64,000 nt of DNA, taken from positions 62,001 through 126,000 of the forward strand of contig JBEWZL010000022.1 of assembly GCA_045837725.1 (NCBI GenBank). The letters run 5' to 3'. Within the stretch, counting starts at the first letter, position 1. Every line of letters begins with the position of its first letter. The translations under genes and the position numbers were made by a program. Below are positions 1-14,400 of the stretch, one piece after another. This stretch comes from Vermamoeba vermiformis. Taxonomy: Eukaryota. Below the pieces are notes generated by a model. The model was not told the origin of the DNA. It did not search any database and saw nothing but the letters and a program-made list of their open reading frames with translations.

Positions 1-1822
1 CTTAATATTTGCACGATGTTTTCCAGAGTGGATCCATTGCTTCAATAAAATTTCGTAAAAACTGTCACCACGTGAGCCAAACGTCAAATGATCTGCAAAT
101 GTTATATTAATCTTTAAATATTGATATATAATTATAATTAATAATAAATTGGACGAGTTTGAACAAAAAAAAATTGACGCGTGGGTCAAATTTGCGCGTG
201 ATTTGTTTCATTTGCCTAATATGGTAATAAAGTATATTTAACGATCTCGTACCGTTAGTGAATCGGCCAGTATCAGGATGATATTGCGTAGGGAACAGAC
301 CCTCCCAGTTCGTCGTATCAACCGCCAACATGGCGTCATTGACTTTCTCAACTTTCTCGAGGTACGATCGATCGTTCAGATGGTGCGCCAGGGCTGCAAA
401 TTCGAGATTCAGTGAACCAAATTCAGCTAAAAATGCATTGCCCGCACTCCATGAGGGACTCCATGCTGCTCCGCTGAAAAACAAAAAAAATGTTACGCCT
501 TATTATTAATACTTAATTTAAAGCTTAAACTGGTTACTTTAAAGATAAATATATATTAATGTTAGCTTTTAACTTACGTCTTCAAATTGACAGTTGAATG
601 AGGAATGCCAGTCTTAGTATTAAAAGCAGGCAACAACCTGTCAGCAAGTTCTTTGGCCCTAAATATGAGATTACAGTGTCAATTATATATTATCGATATT
701 AAGGTATAATAGTGTTCATGACGTACTTCTCCAAGAACAATTTATCGTGCGACAATTCGTAGGCTGAAATCAATCCTCCGAGATGTCTAATTGTAGTCTC
801 AAACGTGGAGGCACCATAGTCCTAAAAAAATAGCTAACATTAATATATAGCATATATAGTAACATTAGTGGTATTAAGCATGAAATTGTTTGACCGTCTG
901 ATTTTTTTTGATCGTGTACCTTATCAAAGCTCAATTCGTTTTGAACCCACTCACGTGCTCGATCATAAGGCTCTTGCAGGCCCATAATAAGAATACTAAA
1001 TAAGGAAATTGCTCCAGTTAGTAATTACAAGTATTTTTTTGGTGTTTCTAGTGCTCACGTGTCCAAACTGTCAACGATGGTGCAGCCCATGCCTCCCCAA
1101 CCATTATCTCCGCGCTTAGTGACCTAAAAATAATTTAATATTGCAATAATTTTAAGGACACATTAATAAAGCTAATAGGAAATAGCGCTGATCTGCCGTA
1201 GAGATTCTCAAATATTTGCAATTTAATTATCTTACTGGTTTTAATTCATCATAGCCCCAAGCATATTTTTCATAACCATCCCACGTATGTACAAAGGCCT
1301 AGGTAATTAAATAAGAATTAATCTAATTTTGAGATTATTTTTAAATTATTCCGTACTTGGCGAATAGCATCTCTTTTTCGATCTAATAGCTCTTGAGGTG
1401 TATTAGCAGCGTATCCTTGGCCTAAATAAATTAATTTATTTATTTTACTGGAGCGTTTCAGAACGGTTTGAAATATTTTCCGTATTTATCGAAATTAATG
1501 ATTTAAGCGCGCCAATAGCATTATATTTTATATATTTAATACGATAATATTTTAAATATTTTATTGCATTTTTCTTACTGAAAGGAATGCCAGATTCGGG
1601 ATGGAATGTCGAGTTGTATTTAAATTGTGGATTAGTTTGTTCAATAGGCGATGTCTTATGTGAACCAGCCTCTACAGGACCATCCGAGCGTAAAAAGACC
1701 AAGATCCAAACGACAAATAAGAAAGTGAAGTAGGACATGAACGGGCGGTGCTTTATAATCGCCACTAATGATCTTGAATTACGAGGAGTGGTCCTAGATC
1801 CGCCTCTACTGATGGGTAACAT
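1..1822 (-). CDS. Class I alpha-1,2-mannosidase (GH47), type II membrane protein; multi-exon, 3' end runs off the window
   Basis: ATG at 1822 and an N-terminal TM ([13 protein letters not shown]). Spliced exons give [71 protein letters not shown] and [11 protein letters not shown], all GH47 motifs. Confidence 0.92.
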
Positions 1823-2105
1823 GCATATAAGGCGTCTAGTGTTGATCTAGAACGAAATAAATGGAAATTAGGATTCACAACGAAAAATCTGGTGAAAACT
1901 GCCAAGGAAACTGAACAATGTCAGAAGGGACCTAAATATTGTCTACTGATATGACCAACTTCATAAAATAAGGTTAATCCGATTAACGAACGTCGATCGA
2001 CTACGAATCTGGCAGTTACTGCGAGAGGGTAATGAATTTAATTTTAAACATATTTTATAATGAATTATATGTACAATGCGAGTAAGAAGAGCAGTGCCCC
2101 ACTTC

Positions 2106-4711
2106 CTACTTCAGTAGTCGTTGTTTCGAGTGACCTTTGATGACCAGATCGTCCTCTTCATCGCTCGACAAATTATTACTATGAATGCTATTAACCTCGT
2201 GCAATTCAACTTTCTTTTCGTCTTCAGGAATTCTTCCGTGCTCTTTCTTCGGTTCAACGATAATTCGGTCTTCCAACGTAATCGTTCGATGTAGTATGAA
2301 ACAAATCGCGTATAATATCGCCAAAAAGAAGAACAATAAATGCGGGAATTTGTGGCTCACTGAAAACGTGAAAATGAAGCCGCTAACCACCGGTCCAAAG
2401 GCTCGAACTAACGCTGAAAAACTTGCGCAAGCTCCTTGTGTCAAGCCTTGCCTAAAATATAACACTTAATATGCTATTCATATAGTATATACTGCACTAT
2501 ATTATTTATGATAGATCTTTCTTACCTTTCTGGATCCGCTGCGTTCGAAATCATAACGCCCATCACTGCAAATGAAAATGACATTAGAAATGCTCTAATA
2601 TCGCGCAAATAGTAAAATATAATTTCCATATATAGTAATAATGTTATAAATAAGCATAAAATGATAATTTTAATCGGGTTTTTACCTGACAAGCCCAACA
2701 TGAACGCAATGGCAGTGACGCTCGAAGACAAAGTCAAATAAATAAATGTCAATACTTTGGCCAATATAGTATCGCCTATCATCCAAAAGAAGATATTTGC
2801 AAATGGAATGCTGATCGAGGAGAAAAAGAACAACACGGTGCCGATACTGTAATTCTTGTACAAGCCAAACTTGTTGAGCATTCGCTTGAAAAATCCAATC
2901 TGCAATATTACAGCGTTAATATGGATATTAATACTACTCTATTTTTCGAATACCTGGAAAATAAACGATGCCGCTCCAAAAATAGAAAAAGCAATACCGA
3001 CTTCCATTGTCGTAAATCCAAGTCCATGATATTCAGTCTATATAAATAACGTTAATAAAATTGATAAAAAAAATAAGCGAAGTTACGTACGGGCAAATAA
3101 TAAAACAAAACCATTGCCACCAAAATTCCACCGTTTGCAAAACTGTTCGTGCAAAAAATAATGAACAGTTTTCGCATTAACGGATCGGTCAATATAATCT
3201 TAATGCCTAAGAAGATATCTTTAACCGGATTGCTTTCGTGTTTTACCTAAAAAGGAAAAATTAGAATTTCAACGGCCGGGTCTAAATTGTACTTACAGCT
3301 TTCTCAGGAACAAATCCGTATTTCTCTATTAACTCTTTCTTATATGCTTCTTTTCCCAAGTGCAGTGTTTCAGGATAAAAACAAATGCTCAAACAGAAAA
3401 CAATAAACGTTGCGCCAGCTCCGATCAAACAGGGCACCAGATACGCATTATTATTAAATATAGCGATGTCTGATTCGAATGTTATGCCGGTAGTAAAACC
3501 ACTAACCATGCTACAACAAAAAGGTGTCAGATCTCGCGAATCCAAATCCGCTACAAAAAAAAATATTTGGCTCGATTAAAATAATATTGGTACGTACTTT
3601 GACATGGCTCTACTTAAAGACCAAGTAGCACCTAAGTAAGCGAATGCTAATGCACGAGTAGATCCGGTAGTGATATCCGACAAACTCGCTTTGACCACTG
3701 GAGTGTTTCCATTAGTCAATCCTAATAGCAATCGCGTTGCTAGTGCAAATGTAAATGTCGGTGCAATTCCAAGAAGAAAAGTGTTCAGCGCTACACTGCC
3801 AATGCCGATCAGCACGACTACTTTTCGGCCTTTCGTATCAGAAATATGCCTGCATAATAATAACGGTTATTAAATGCCTAATATATTTTATAATGATAAA
3901 TATTATGGCAATAGTATTAATTTCGCATGAGTCTCGTTGGCTTGAACGAAAAGATCTGACCAACTCGGGTAAAAGTTTAGATCAAAGTGTATTAGTGCTC
4001 CGATAACCGCGCCGTCACTAGATCATATAAATCACTCGGTATAGGTGCGAATCAAATTTTAAACGTTGAGATCCACGGTCGTGTATTTGAGAAAAAAAAG
4101 CAGATGTGATTCCCCAGTGGAGAGCGCTTGTATTATCGCTTATAATTACGTGAATAGTATCGAAATGATGTATAATTACCCGATTATAAAGGACGATAAG
4201 AAATTCGCAAAGCTAACTGCGCCTGATAGAACGCCGACGTAACTTCCTAGTTTGTCTTCAGGAATACCGAATCTGTGCTGACACATATCTAAATATTATC
4301 AAATAATTAATACGAATATTTGATTATGTAACGACGCATTTCTAAGACCATATAGACCAATAATTAATTTTTTAACATTAAAAAGTCGTAAATTGGATCT
4401 TACCCGGCAGAAACAACGCTACTAATTCGGAAGCAATGCCATCGGATAATGTAATTGTATAAATTAATACAATCGTAAACCAAATCGATCGGGATGATAG
4501 TTTTGGTTTGTTGGTCGATCCATTCAGCGTTCCATTGATAGATCCATGTTCTAATTCTATTGTCTCTTCATTAACTGACCCTGCGTCGAATGGCCGCACT
4601 ATGTAAATTTCAATTAAACTTCAAGACTGCATCTGGCAAATTGATCTTGAAACAGATCTTTCTTGAATCCGACAACTTACGTTCATCATCGCTCGAAGGG
4701 TGGTCAGTCAT
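2106..4711 (-). CDS. Major facilitator superfamily transporter (DHA1/ZIFL-like), multi-exon
   Basis: ATG at 4711 (MTDHPSSDDE then gtaag). MFS motif A-like SDTKGRKVVVLIG, RLLLGLTNGNTPVVKASLSDIT, and C-terminal QGLTQGACASFSALVRAFGP; many hydrophobic segments. Confidence 0.88.
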
Positions 4712-5137
4712 TAAGTAAAATACAAAAAAAGACCATTGGGCATCAAAAATTATGTTCTAGAACGTCGCGTGAACTCAGAACAATTTTGTCAACCCTTCTT
4801 TTACGCACAACAGCTGCCAGCGTACAAAAATACTCCATCTGAGTACTAAGTAATACAACATAGTCCATATTGTTGAGTTTGCTTTGATAGAATCTACAGC
4901 CGCAACGATTACTCACAGATTCGCGAATCCTTTTCATAACCGGACTTCGCACAAAATGGTTATCTACTTAATTATGCTAAGAAAACTTTCGAAGTAGTAC
5001 GGGCCTTATAATTTTAATATTAAACACGAGCACGGAGTTTTGGACGGAAGGCACTTTTCGTCATACTTTTCTTGTTGTAATTTGTTTCGCTCCTTTATTG
5101 CGAGAGAACACGAAAACAGTACTTAAGGAATCCATAA

Positions 5138-6201
5138 ATGTATTATAATCGGTACTGTGTATTGTTCCTTGGATTTCTGGCGTTGATCGCTTTTGGTTCC
5201 GCAGATTTCGATCAACCCCAAGCAAATCAACCGCAGCCTCCTATATTGCCTAACCGCTGGACTGCAATTGGTCAATTGGCGCAAGGATATCCCTCAAATG
5301 ATACGTACATAATTTATTACGATTGGAATGCCCAGGTATGATTTTATTATCAAGTACCAAAATAATTTTAGCTGTTTATTTTTATAATTATTATGCTCGT
5401 TAAATATACTCGCAGACATTTAATTATCACGTTATTATACGTGCAAGAAAATTACATCCACCTTTCCCACTATAGTCACTCGTTAAAATAAATTAGTAGT
5501 ACTAGAATATTTACGTTACTCATAATTACTAATAATTCTAATAGATGCAACGCGTGGATCAATTTGTCAGCGGCTCTCAAGACACGCACACCTTTTTAAT
5601 CGTTTATCCCACCCAAATGCTCTATATGTTCATTGAGCGTAATGGCAATATCAAGTCGTGCATGACATCTCCCTACTATCAAAAAATGCCGCCTCCTAAT
5701 TTGTTTGCCGAAGCCACTTTTCAGGTAAGCAAATCTGGATTTTTTTAAATACCACGTAACTTAAAGTCTTAAATGCTCGAGGTTGTAAGTTATAATAACC
5801 TCTGTGTAACGATATATGCCATTTATGCTAAATAAGTTCGTTGTGGTGGAGATCTGACGTGGGTATTATTTAGGGCCACGCTACTATTCACGGAAAGGAT
5901 TGTAATGGCTGGAAATTAGAAAATTCTTGGAGCGGAAACATGCACTTGTGGGTCACTGTAGATACTAACACTCCCGTGCGCATTGCAAGGTAAGTTTGTT
6001 GATCGCCTGTACTGATCTCAGCTCCATACACCTCGTCAGAGCTCCTTATAATATTACTTTTATATACTGTAATATAGACGATCTTTCGTGCTTTACTGAC
6101 CCATTTTTGAACGCAGCTACGGAAGCAGATTTGATCTGAGCGAGTTCAAGCCAGGAAGTTTCAATCCTAACGTCTTTACCGTCCCCAACGCTTGTAAGTG
6201 A
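5138..6201 (+). CDS. Secreted ependymin-related (EPDR-like) protein, 4 exons
   Basis: Signal peptide, then PQPPILPNRW...YYDWNAQMQRVD...SC...GKDCNGW...LWVTVDTNTPVRI...FNPNVFTVPNACK*. This pattern and the terminal F-x-x-P-x-x-C match ependymin-related proteins. Confidence 0.7.
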
Positions 6202-6634
6202 TAGATAGTACTCGCGTTATTACGTAGTTACGACTTCTGGCCTTTGTACTAAAAACTCCAAGGTTTTGATGACGGATCTGAGGTAAAACTCTTCCGTGCT
6301 TGTAAATTAATAAACATTAGTAAGTCTACACGTGCTTATATGCAGGTTAGAATACCCTATATTAAGGTAAAATATTGGAAGAAGAATTTGAATTTTCCTT
6401 GCAATTGCGGATTTGGCTGCTGTTACGCATGAGTAGCACCCCTGTCACATTCGGACACTCCGAGCGTAACTCCTTTTTATGGCTTTTGTAGGTAAATTCT
6501 TGACGAGTTCTCGACAAGACATCTTTTCGTGTGGCAAGACTTTCTTGTTGAAAAATTATTGGATCCCTGCGAACACAGCACGAAACCTAACGCAGGAAAA
6601 GTCCCGAAAATCAATTATTTATATTTTTTGAACG

Positions 6635-9600
6635 ATGGCGACAACAGCTGCGGCCGTTCCTGCGCCATCTCCCGCGACGAATGCAAGCCCCGCTCGTCAT
6701 CGGCACGAAGATGAATTTAAAACTATATTTGAAGTAACTGATGACACATTAATTGAGGGTATGATATACATATTAAATAGGAATTTTTCTCTGAATAATA
6801 CATTCTAATTTGCCTTGCGAATGGACAGATTTCTCTTGCGCGTTCCAAGGAAGGGCGATTATGCACGGAAGAATGTATATTACTGCTAAGGCAATTTATT
6901 TCTACTCCACTATATTCACCAAAACGACGGTAAGCCTAATAATATTGATCTCATAAAATTATTTCAAATTTCCATAATCGCTAAGATTCTGCCTGAACTT
7001 GACAAGGCATTTAATAGGATAATATTACTAATAATACCGCGAATTATTGTAAATTATTATTTCGCAATACGGAGCAGCAATAGTTGTCGCCCGAAATCCG
7101 CGGAGTAACTAATTCTCGTTTAGAAAACACTTCCATTCGATGATATCCTCTCTATTCAAAAGAGAAACACCGCTATGATCTTCTCAAATGCATTAGAAAT
7201 CACCATGAGAGACACGACTAAGGTAAATATTGAATTAATTTTATTTGAAGTACAGATCGTTAAACTTCAAGAAATATTGATTCTTCCTGACCACATTTAC
7301 GTATATTTATATTCTCTATTTTATTTTTATTTGCTGTGGCCCTCCGTAATATTTTTATCTCCTTCGACAAATTTTTGCAAACCTTTACTGAACGGCAATC
7401 CAATTCAATTTACACTTCATTTAAGCATTGCAAATAATTGTGTATGTGTAGTTAATAGAAAAGCATACTTCTATTCGTCGAATGAATACAGATTCGTGTA
7501 CTGGAGATCTAATATTTTTTTGTGATACAGCACTTCTTTACGTCATTTATGTACCGCGATGATGCCTACAGAGTTATTATGCGTGCGTGGCGACATTGGA
7601 GAAAAGATCACGGCGAAAAGGTGCGTACAACTACACGAATTAACAAGCGAATCTGCTCGACTTCGGGCTTTTGGAAGCATCTTTTATTAGCTCCAAATGG
7701 TCCGAATAAGGCGTCATATTTTAGTAACTGCCAGTAGCGCGTCTATACCGCGAATGACAAGCTCGCAAATATTAATTGGTGCGGAATTTCCTCATCCGAA
7801 TGGTGCGGTGCGGAACTGGATGCGATGCAATTTCCAATCCTTTGCACGGCTTTAAAAAGCAGCTTGATCGCTCGATATAGATGCGTTACATTTGCGGTTG
7901 AAAAATTCGTCGCTTCATATTTAAATAAGGATTACGGGAGTTTTCCTTCAATTTCACACCGCCATCAATTTTTTTTGCAGCTCCACTAATCTCGAACGTT
8001 TCGTGTATATAGGACCTCGATTCGCAAGATCTCTCTTCGGAAGAATTAACGGACGACGAAGACCCTTTTATTGCAACCGCAGGAGATCAAACCCCATTAA
8101 GCGAATCTCCAGCTCAAGATCTTATTTCTAGCAGCCCTGCAACCAACGACTTATCAGTGGATAGCAGCTCAGCAATGGGTGATAGAGACGCATACAGTAG
8201 TGGCGACGAAAGGGTAAGCAAAAGGAAACTGCTCATCAGATTTACTCTTTTATTTTAATTTATTAATGTCAAATTTTATCGGCCAAGCTTCAATTAATTT
8301 ATTCAATATAGTCGACAAATTATAAATAATTTACAAAAATGATTTTTTGTAACACAAAATCGTCACGCAGTAGTTGGATTTGCAAGCTTAGCCATTTATT
8401 TGTGCTATTAATTAGTCGTATTTAACATCGAAAATATTTAATATTATCGTGTTATTATCGGCGAATTGCTTCGGGCTGCGTAGAAAGAGTCAAGTTGGTT
8501 GGTAAACTGACGGATTTCGATTATTTCGAGAAGCCTGAACCATTTGTTGATATAAATTATATATTACCACACTTTATTATAGTTATTAATAATACCGGGC
8601 CAATTTATTTGTTTTATCTCTGTTTGCCGGCAGATGAGGCTGTCGGGACCAGCTTTTGATCTAATACTTCTCCTTTTTAGGAAAGCACGCACGTTCGAAA
8701 AGACAGCAAGGACAAAAAGGATAAAGAAGAAAAAAAGCTCAAAAAGAAGAACTCTCGCAAGCGCCTGAGATCAATCTCGCATAAGAAGAGCAAATCTAAG
8801 GACGCAGGTAAGCAAATCGGTTGCTTCGTCGTTTACACATTATTTCACATTGTATCAACCGCAATTTATCGGTCGTAGCACCACATCACCATATTTTCGC
8901 GAGATTTACAACTCGTGTCCCTTGTGCTTGTAAAATCTATTCTTACGAGCTTTAATTCGGGTCCTAATTGTTTCTTTTTATTTTAGCCGATGAATTAGGA
9001 GACACTGATGACGACTTTATAACCGCCTCCGATATGTTGCGCAAGAGTAAAGGTCAGTAGAATATTTCTTTCCAGATTTGTTCCGTTCTTTCATCTCACC
9101 ACCACGTTTCCTTTTTACAGACGAGAATAAAATGGTGGAGGCTGATATGAAAAAATTGGACGATTCATGGGTAGAGACCTTGAGAGGGTAAGGCTGATGA
9201 TAATCAGAATTGATTTTATTTTCGGGTTTACTCGATCCGTAATTTTCAAAAATTAAAAGTAAATTTCTAATTATTTTATTTTTATCATAGCGGCAAACAG
9301 CGCAATACTGTCAGTCTTCCTCTAAAGCCCGGCTCAACTACGCCACCAATGGGCCGAAAAAGTATTATACAGACAAATCCAGCGAATACTCTCCTAGACA
9401 ACCCTACAGACGAAGGAATCGCAACTGCCATGATGAACAGCAACAATACATCACCGAGTGTAGGTTCGTCATCGGGTGGCACTCCCGTAGGCGGTAATTC
9501 AAATGGCGCATCTAACGCTGGTGGATCAAACGGCGGAGCTAATGGAACAGACGGAGCTAATGGCAATGCAGCAGATAATAACGATCGACCTCCTACTCAG

Positions 9601-11242
9601 ACTGGTACGTTCATTTTCGAATTTATGCGATCCTGAAATCGAAGATCGAGCGGGTTTTGTGACAATACCTGCAATTCTCCGCCAACTTTTAAAATTGTAA
9701 TTTTTATTGATATTTGAATATATTGCTTAAATAGTCGACCATTCCGAGGCTAATTATTGCTCTTTTCTTTACCAGACTGCAAGCACTTCCACGACGAAAA
9801 ACCACAAAAACTTTTGGAAGCCGAATTTGACATTTCAGTGGTTGAATTTTACAATATCTTTTGGAGCGACGCCGAGTTCTTCTCGTACCTTGGTCGCATG
9901 CAAGAATTCACAGGTACGCTTTACCGTTGTGTACTCCGCTGTCAAAAAAGATTTTTGAAGACTAACGGTCACTTCTTTTAAAACCAGAACTTTTTGTTGG
10001 TAACTGGCAGTTGAGCGAAGAGAACTGCTGTATCTCAAGAAAAGTCGGTTACAGAGCCCCTGTCAAGGCTCCTATTGGTCCCAAGAGCACGCGTGTAGAA
10101 CAGCAACAACGTGCCCGATTCAAAACCCCAACGTAAGTACTCGACTAGATTACACTAGAATGAACTCGGGACTAAGATGACCATGTAGGCTCTTGATGAT
10201 TGAGACCTCTTCGATCTCCAAGGACGTACCTTTTGGTGACAGTTTCCTGGTCGAAGAGCGATGGACTTTGACTGAAGGTCCCAACAAAAAGACCAAGTGC
10301 GCGATCGATGTGTATCTCCGATGGAAGAAGAATGCCTGGGGCTTCAAGTCACAAATTGAAAAGAAGACCGCTGAATACACTAAGATGAACGCTGACAAGT
10401 TCGTCGAGTTGGCCAAGAAGCGTGTCGATGAGTATAAATCTGGCGCCCTCAAGTCCACCAAGCCTCAAATTGAGCCTCAAGCTGCTAACCTCGGTGCTGT
10501 CGTCCAAACAGTTGCTAACACCACTGTTGAACAAGCCGAGATCGAGCAACCTTCACCGGAACCACGTGCTCGCCGACCGAGAAAACGCGAGCCCTCACCC
10601 GAAGCAAGCGAAGAAGAGCCCGAACAAGCGACCCTCAAAGACAAAGTCCTTGGCGCTCTTACAAACATTCCCTTCATGGTCACGTTCTTCTTGTTGGCCA
10701 TCACCCTGCTGTTCACTGTGCCGAGTTTAGTTTCCCTAAATAGGCAAGTGGGCGCTCTTGTAGCATACACAGCGACTCTCGAGTCGAACAACCAGAAGTT
10801 GGACGAGTTTGGTCTGCAGCTCAAGTTCTTGGAGCACTATAATGTATATTTAACGAGGATATTGACAAACGATTCGAACATTTTCAAAGAACAACAGAAG
10901 TATTGGCGCGCGAATCAAGATCTGACGAAGAAGTTGCAACTTATGAAAGAAGAGATCGACAAGATGCAACAAGAGCTCATCACCGCTGATATCGACGGGT
11001 CCTCCAAAAAAGCAGCAAAGACAGCCGATGACAAGGCCTACATCGACACGCTCTTGGCTGAACAACAAGTTTTGGTGGATTCTCTCAAGGCTAAGGCCGC
11101 AGGCAACACTCAGCCTCGTGCTCCAGCTGCCGAGTCTTCGTCATTGTTATATTATTTGTACATAGCATTTATCACCTTGGTCATCATTGGAGTCTCGACT
11201 GCTTGGATCATGTTCGGCGGAAAATTGCCTGGTAAAGCCTAA
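6635..11242 (+). CDS. GRAM + VASt (StART-like) sterol transfer protein (GRAMD1/Lam/Aster-like) with TM segments and a coiled coil
   Basis: GRAM: DFSCAFQGRAIMHGRMYITAKAIYFYSTIF...HFFTSFMYRDDAYRVI. VASt: APIGPKSTRVEQQQ...SKDVPFGDSFLVEERW...WGFKSQIEK. A TM and coiled coil follow; stop at 11242. Confidence 0.9.
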
Positions 11243-11454
11243 GCAATCCTAACCTCAAGAACATGTTAAGAAAGACCAACTAGCAACCCAGTTCATTGTT
11301 ATTTAAAACCCCTAATTTATTTAATCAATTTATTACTTTGTGTAAAGCAAACCCTTTTTGTACAAGTCAAAACTTCGAATAAAAATTCTGACTACAAAAG
11401 ACTCTTGTTAGTTATTGGTCTAAGATCGTTGTTTATATACAACCAAAAAAGAGG

Positions 11455-14400
11455 TCAATTTATTACGAACTGCTGTTTCAGCATTTTGTATAATTTTTCG
11501 ATTACTACCGGTAGTGGTGTTCGTTTTTCAGGCTCGTGTGCCCAGCAGCCGGTGATCAACTCAGCGTATTCTGCAGGACAACCAGCAGGAATTACTTCGC
11601 GCTGGCCTGACAGAACAAAGTTGGACACGTCCCAGTTATACATGAACGCTGTATAGGGCTCTTTTTGCGTAATAATGACCCACAGCAAGATACCGAAACT
11701 GTAGATATCCGCTTCTTTGCTATAGTTCTTTGTTGTCATTACTTCTGGGGCCATGTAGATTGGCGTGCCAACGGCTTTGGTAAAAGTTTCCATTTTGTCC
11801 TCGGCAAATCTTCTGGCACTACCAAAATCGCTCAAGCGAATCATGTTTGGCGAGTTCACATCGAGAGATTCCACGAGCACGTTTTCAGGTTTGATGTCGC
11901 GATGAAGCACGTTGTTTTTGTGAAGGTAATGAATTGCTTTTGCCACCTCTAACGCGATCTGCAATTTTGTTGCGTACGGTAATTTTTTCGCCATCCACTT
12001 CTCCAGGCTTCCATTTGCAAGAAACTCTGTAACTATAGCGAGCTTTCCAGGCAGTTTTGATGCGCCAATGAGTGATACAATTCCGGGATTTCGTAACTCG
12101 GACAAAAATTGGATCTCGCGTTCAAACTCTTCCAAAGTCTTCGGATCCAAGCCCTCTTGCACGATCAACTTCTTAACAGCAACAGTCTTTCCTTTGTATT
12201 GGCCCTTATGAACTACTCCGTAGCTTCCACTTCCAACAGGCACTGGATCCATTTCAATTTCATCGATGTCTATCCAAACAGACTGATTCGCGACAATATC
12301 ACAAGGAATGTAGAAGTGCTTGCCTATCGCAGGCATTTCTACACCTATCAAGGCAGTGACACTTGTTGACACGTTGAGTTCCAGCTTGAATAAGACCGTG
12401 TCATCGCCAGTGGCAGTCGAATCGTAAACGCTTGGTCGGCTTGGTCTCCAACGATAATCGAGGCCAAGTTCATCAGGATGAGCAGTGAACTTAAGTTTCT
12501 GTGTCCGTGGTGGATGGAATATTATTGGGAAGTTGTGGCCTTTCTTCGAGGTGTCAATAAGCGGGATGTTCAGATCTGTAGTTTTTTTTGACAGTCTTTT
12601 GTTGCTCTGATGCAAGGTTGATATTGCTAGCTTGAATCCGCCTTGCCACTTGACTTCAATGGTGTCCGTATATTCCTGATTGACGTTGAATCTCGTTTCT
12701 CCACCGAATGTCAACACAGTCTTTGAAAAAGTGACAGGGACGAGGTCAAGTTTAGTGGCTAGCTTCGATTCTAAAGGCGCTTTCCAAGCAGGTAACAATC
12801 GGTACTTGAAATCATCAATGCCGTATGTAGCCTTGTTGTACGTGATTTGACGTCGTTGATTAATTTTTCTTCGTACGAAAATGATAGTGAGAATGACGCC
12901 AGCAATTAAAGCGCCGCCAACAAACACAACAATCATAGAAATTGCTGTGTCTGACATGCGAACGCTTAATTTAACTGGTTCACTCGTAATCGAGTCTGCT
13001 GGGTTCGTTAGCTCAACGCTGATCAGATGTCCATCCATGGCATAAGTAGCTTCGAATGTCAAAATTCTTCCTGTTTCCTATTCAACGATTAATTTTTCTG
13101 CTTTTTTTTTTCTTCGAAATAATCACTCACTGCTTCAATTGGCTCACCGTTACGTAGCCATTGATAAGTCATTCGTTCAAATGGAGTCGCCATCGCAGAC
13201 AAGGTGACGATGTTGCCTGCTTGTACGTCGTACAAAGGTTGGTTGTAGATGGGCTGCTGAAGGACGGGGCCTCCAAGTATTGCGACAGTAGTCACCGATC
13301 GCGTCACGTACGAGAGTCGGTTTCTGTTGTGACCGATGTAGATCTCATAGTGTCCGCTATTGATGTCAGAGACATTGGCTATTGTAAGAGACGTGGTATA
13401 TGCTCCTAGGTTATTCAAGATAAATCAGAACTCAAGTGGAAATTTCAATGAATTAATCTCCGAAAAAATCTTTTTTTAGATCCAAAATTACCTTCGATCT
13501 CCTCGTTTTCGCGGTACCACTTGATGTCCAAGATGTCATGGTTCTGTGTTGATAGCGTGACACTGAGGGTAAGGTCTTCCCCCTCAAACACGTTGCTGTT
13601 AGTGCCGTTGAGTGAGCGCACTTGGAGTTGAACGACGACAACACGGAACGCATAGGGTCCAGTAGAGCCAGCAAGATTGTGCATGAAAAGTTGGTACGTT
13701 CCGCTCATTCTAAAACCAACTTCTGAAATTTCCAAAGGACCAGTGCTGTTCTTTAAAAACGTGCCATTGTGTCTCCATTCGTACGTCACGCCATAGTCGT
13801 TAGAATCCACGTTGACTGTCAAACTAGAAGTCACTAGTACTTCATAAACTTGTTGTAGAGGTGTTTGTAAGGTCGGTCTGGTAACGACGATTATCATTGA
13901 TTGCGCTGAAACAGATCCAGAAGGATTGCTAGCTGTCACCTTCACGTATGTCCCATTGTACTGCATTCCAACTCTCGTCAGTTGAAATGTATCTGTGGCG
14001 TCAGCCAAGACTACGCTATCATTGACGCTCCATGTGTACGTCACTCCAGCACCAAGAGCAGTACGTATCAATAGTAACGTCTGGTTGACAACGACGGGGA
14101 TGATCGTGCGAAATTGTCTAACAAACTCCGGGGGAGGATGAATAATGACGAAGACATTGTTGCTCGTAACAGAACCTGAGGGATTTTGCACGCGAACATT
14201 GGCGTAAAATGGCGTGACAACATTTGGCACTTCAATAGTTGATCGATCAGCTGTTTTCGGTACGAAATAGAGAGCTGGCTGCAAGGACCATGTGTACGTT
14301 AAGTTGTTGCCGACTGCTTGAATGCTCAGCTCAGCGGATCTGTTCATAAAGACTGAGATTGGTGTCGGCATCTGTTGCACGATTACGGGAGAAGGTTCCA

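Noticed and set aside
5138-6201. Ependymin-related gene in a protist as a novelty
   Set aside because: EPDR-family proteins are already known outside animals, including amoebae.
9420-9600. Gly/Asn/Ser-rich quasi-repeat (also Asn runs near 54600 and Asp runs near 61780-62120)
   Set aside because: Ordinary low-complexity coding linkers within genes.
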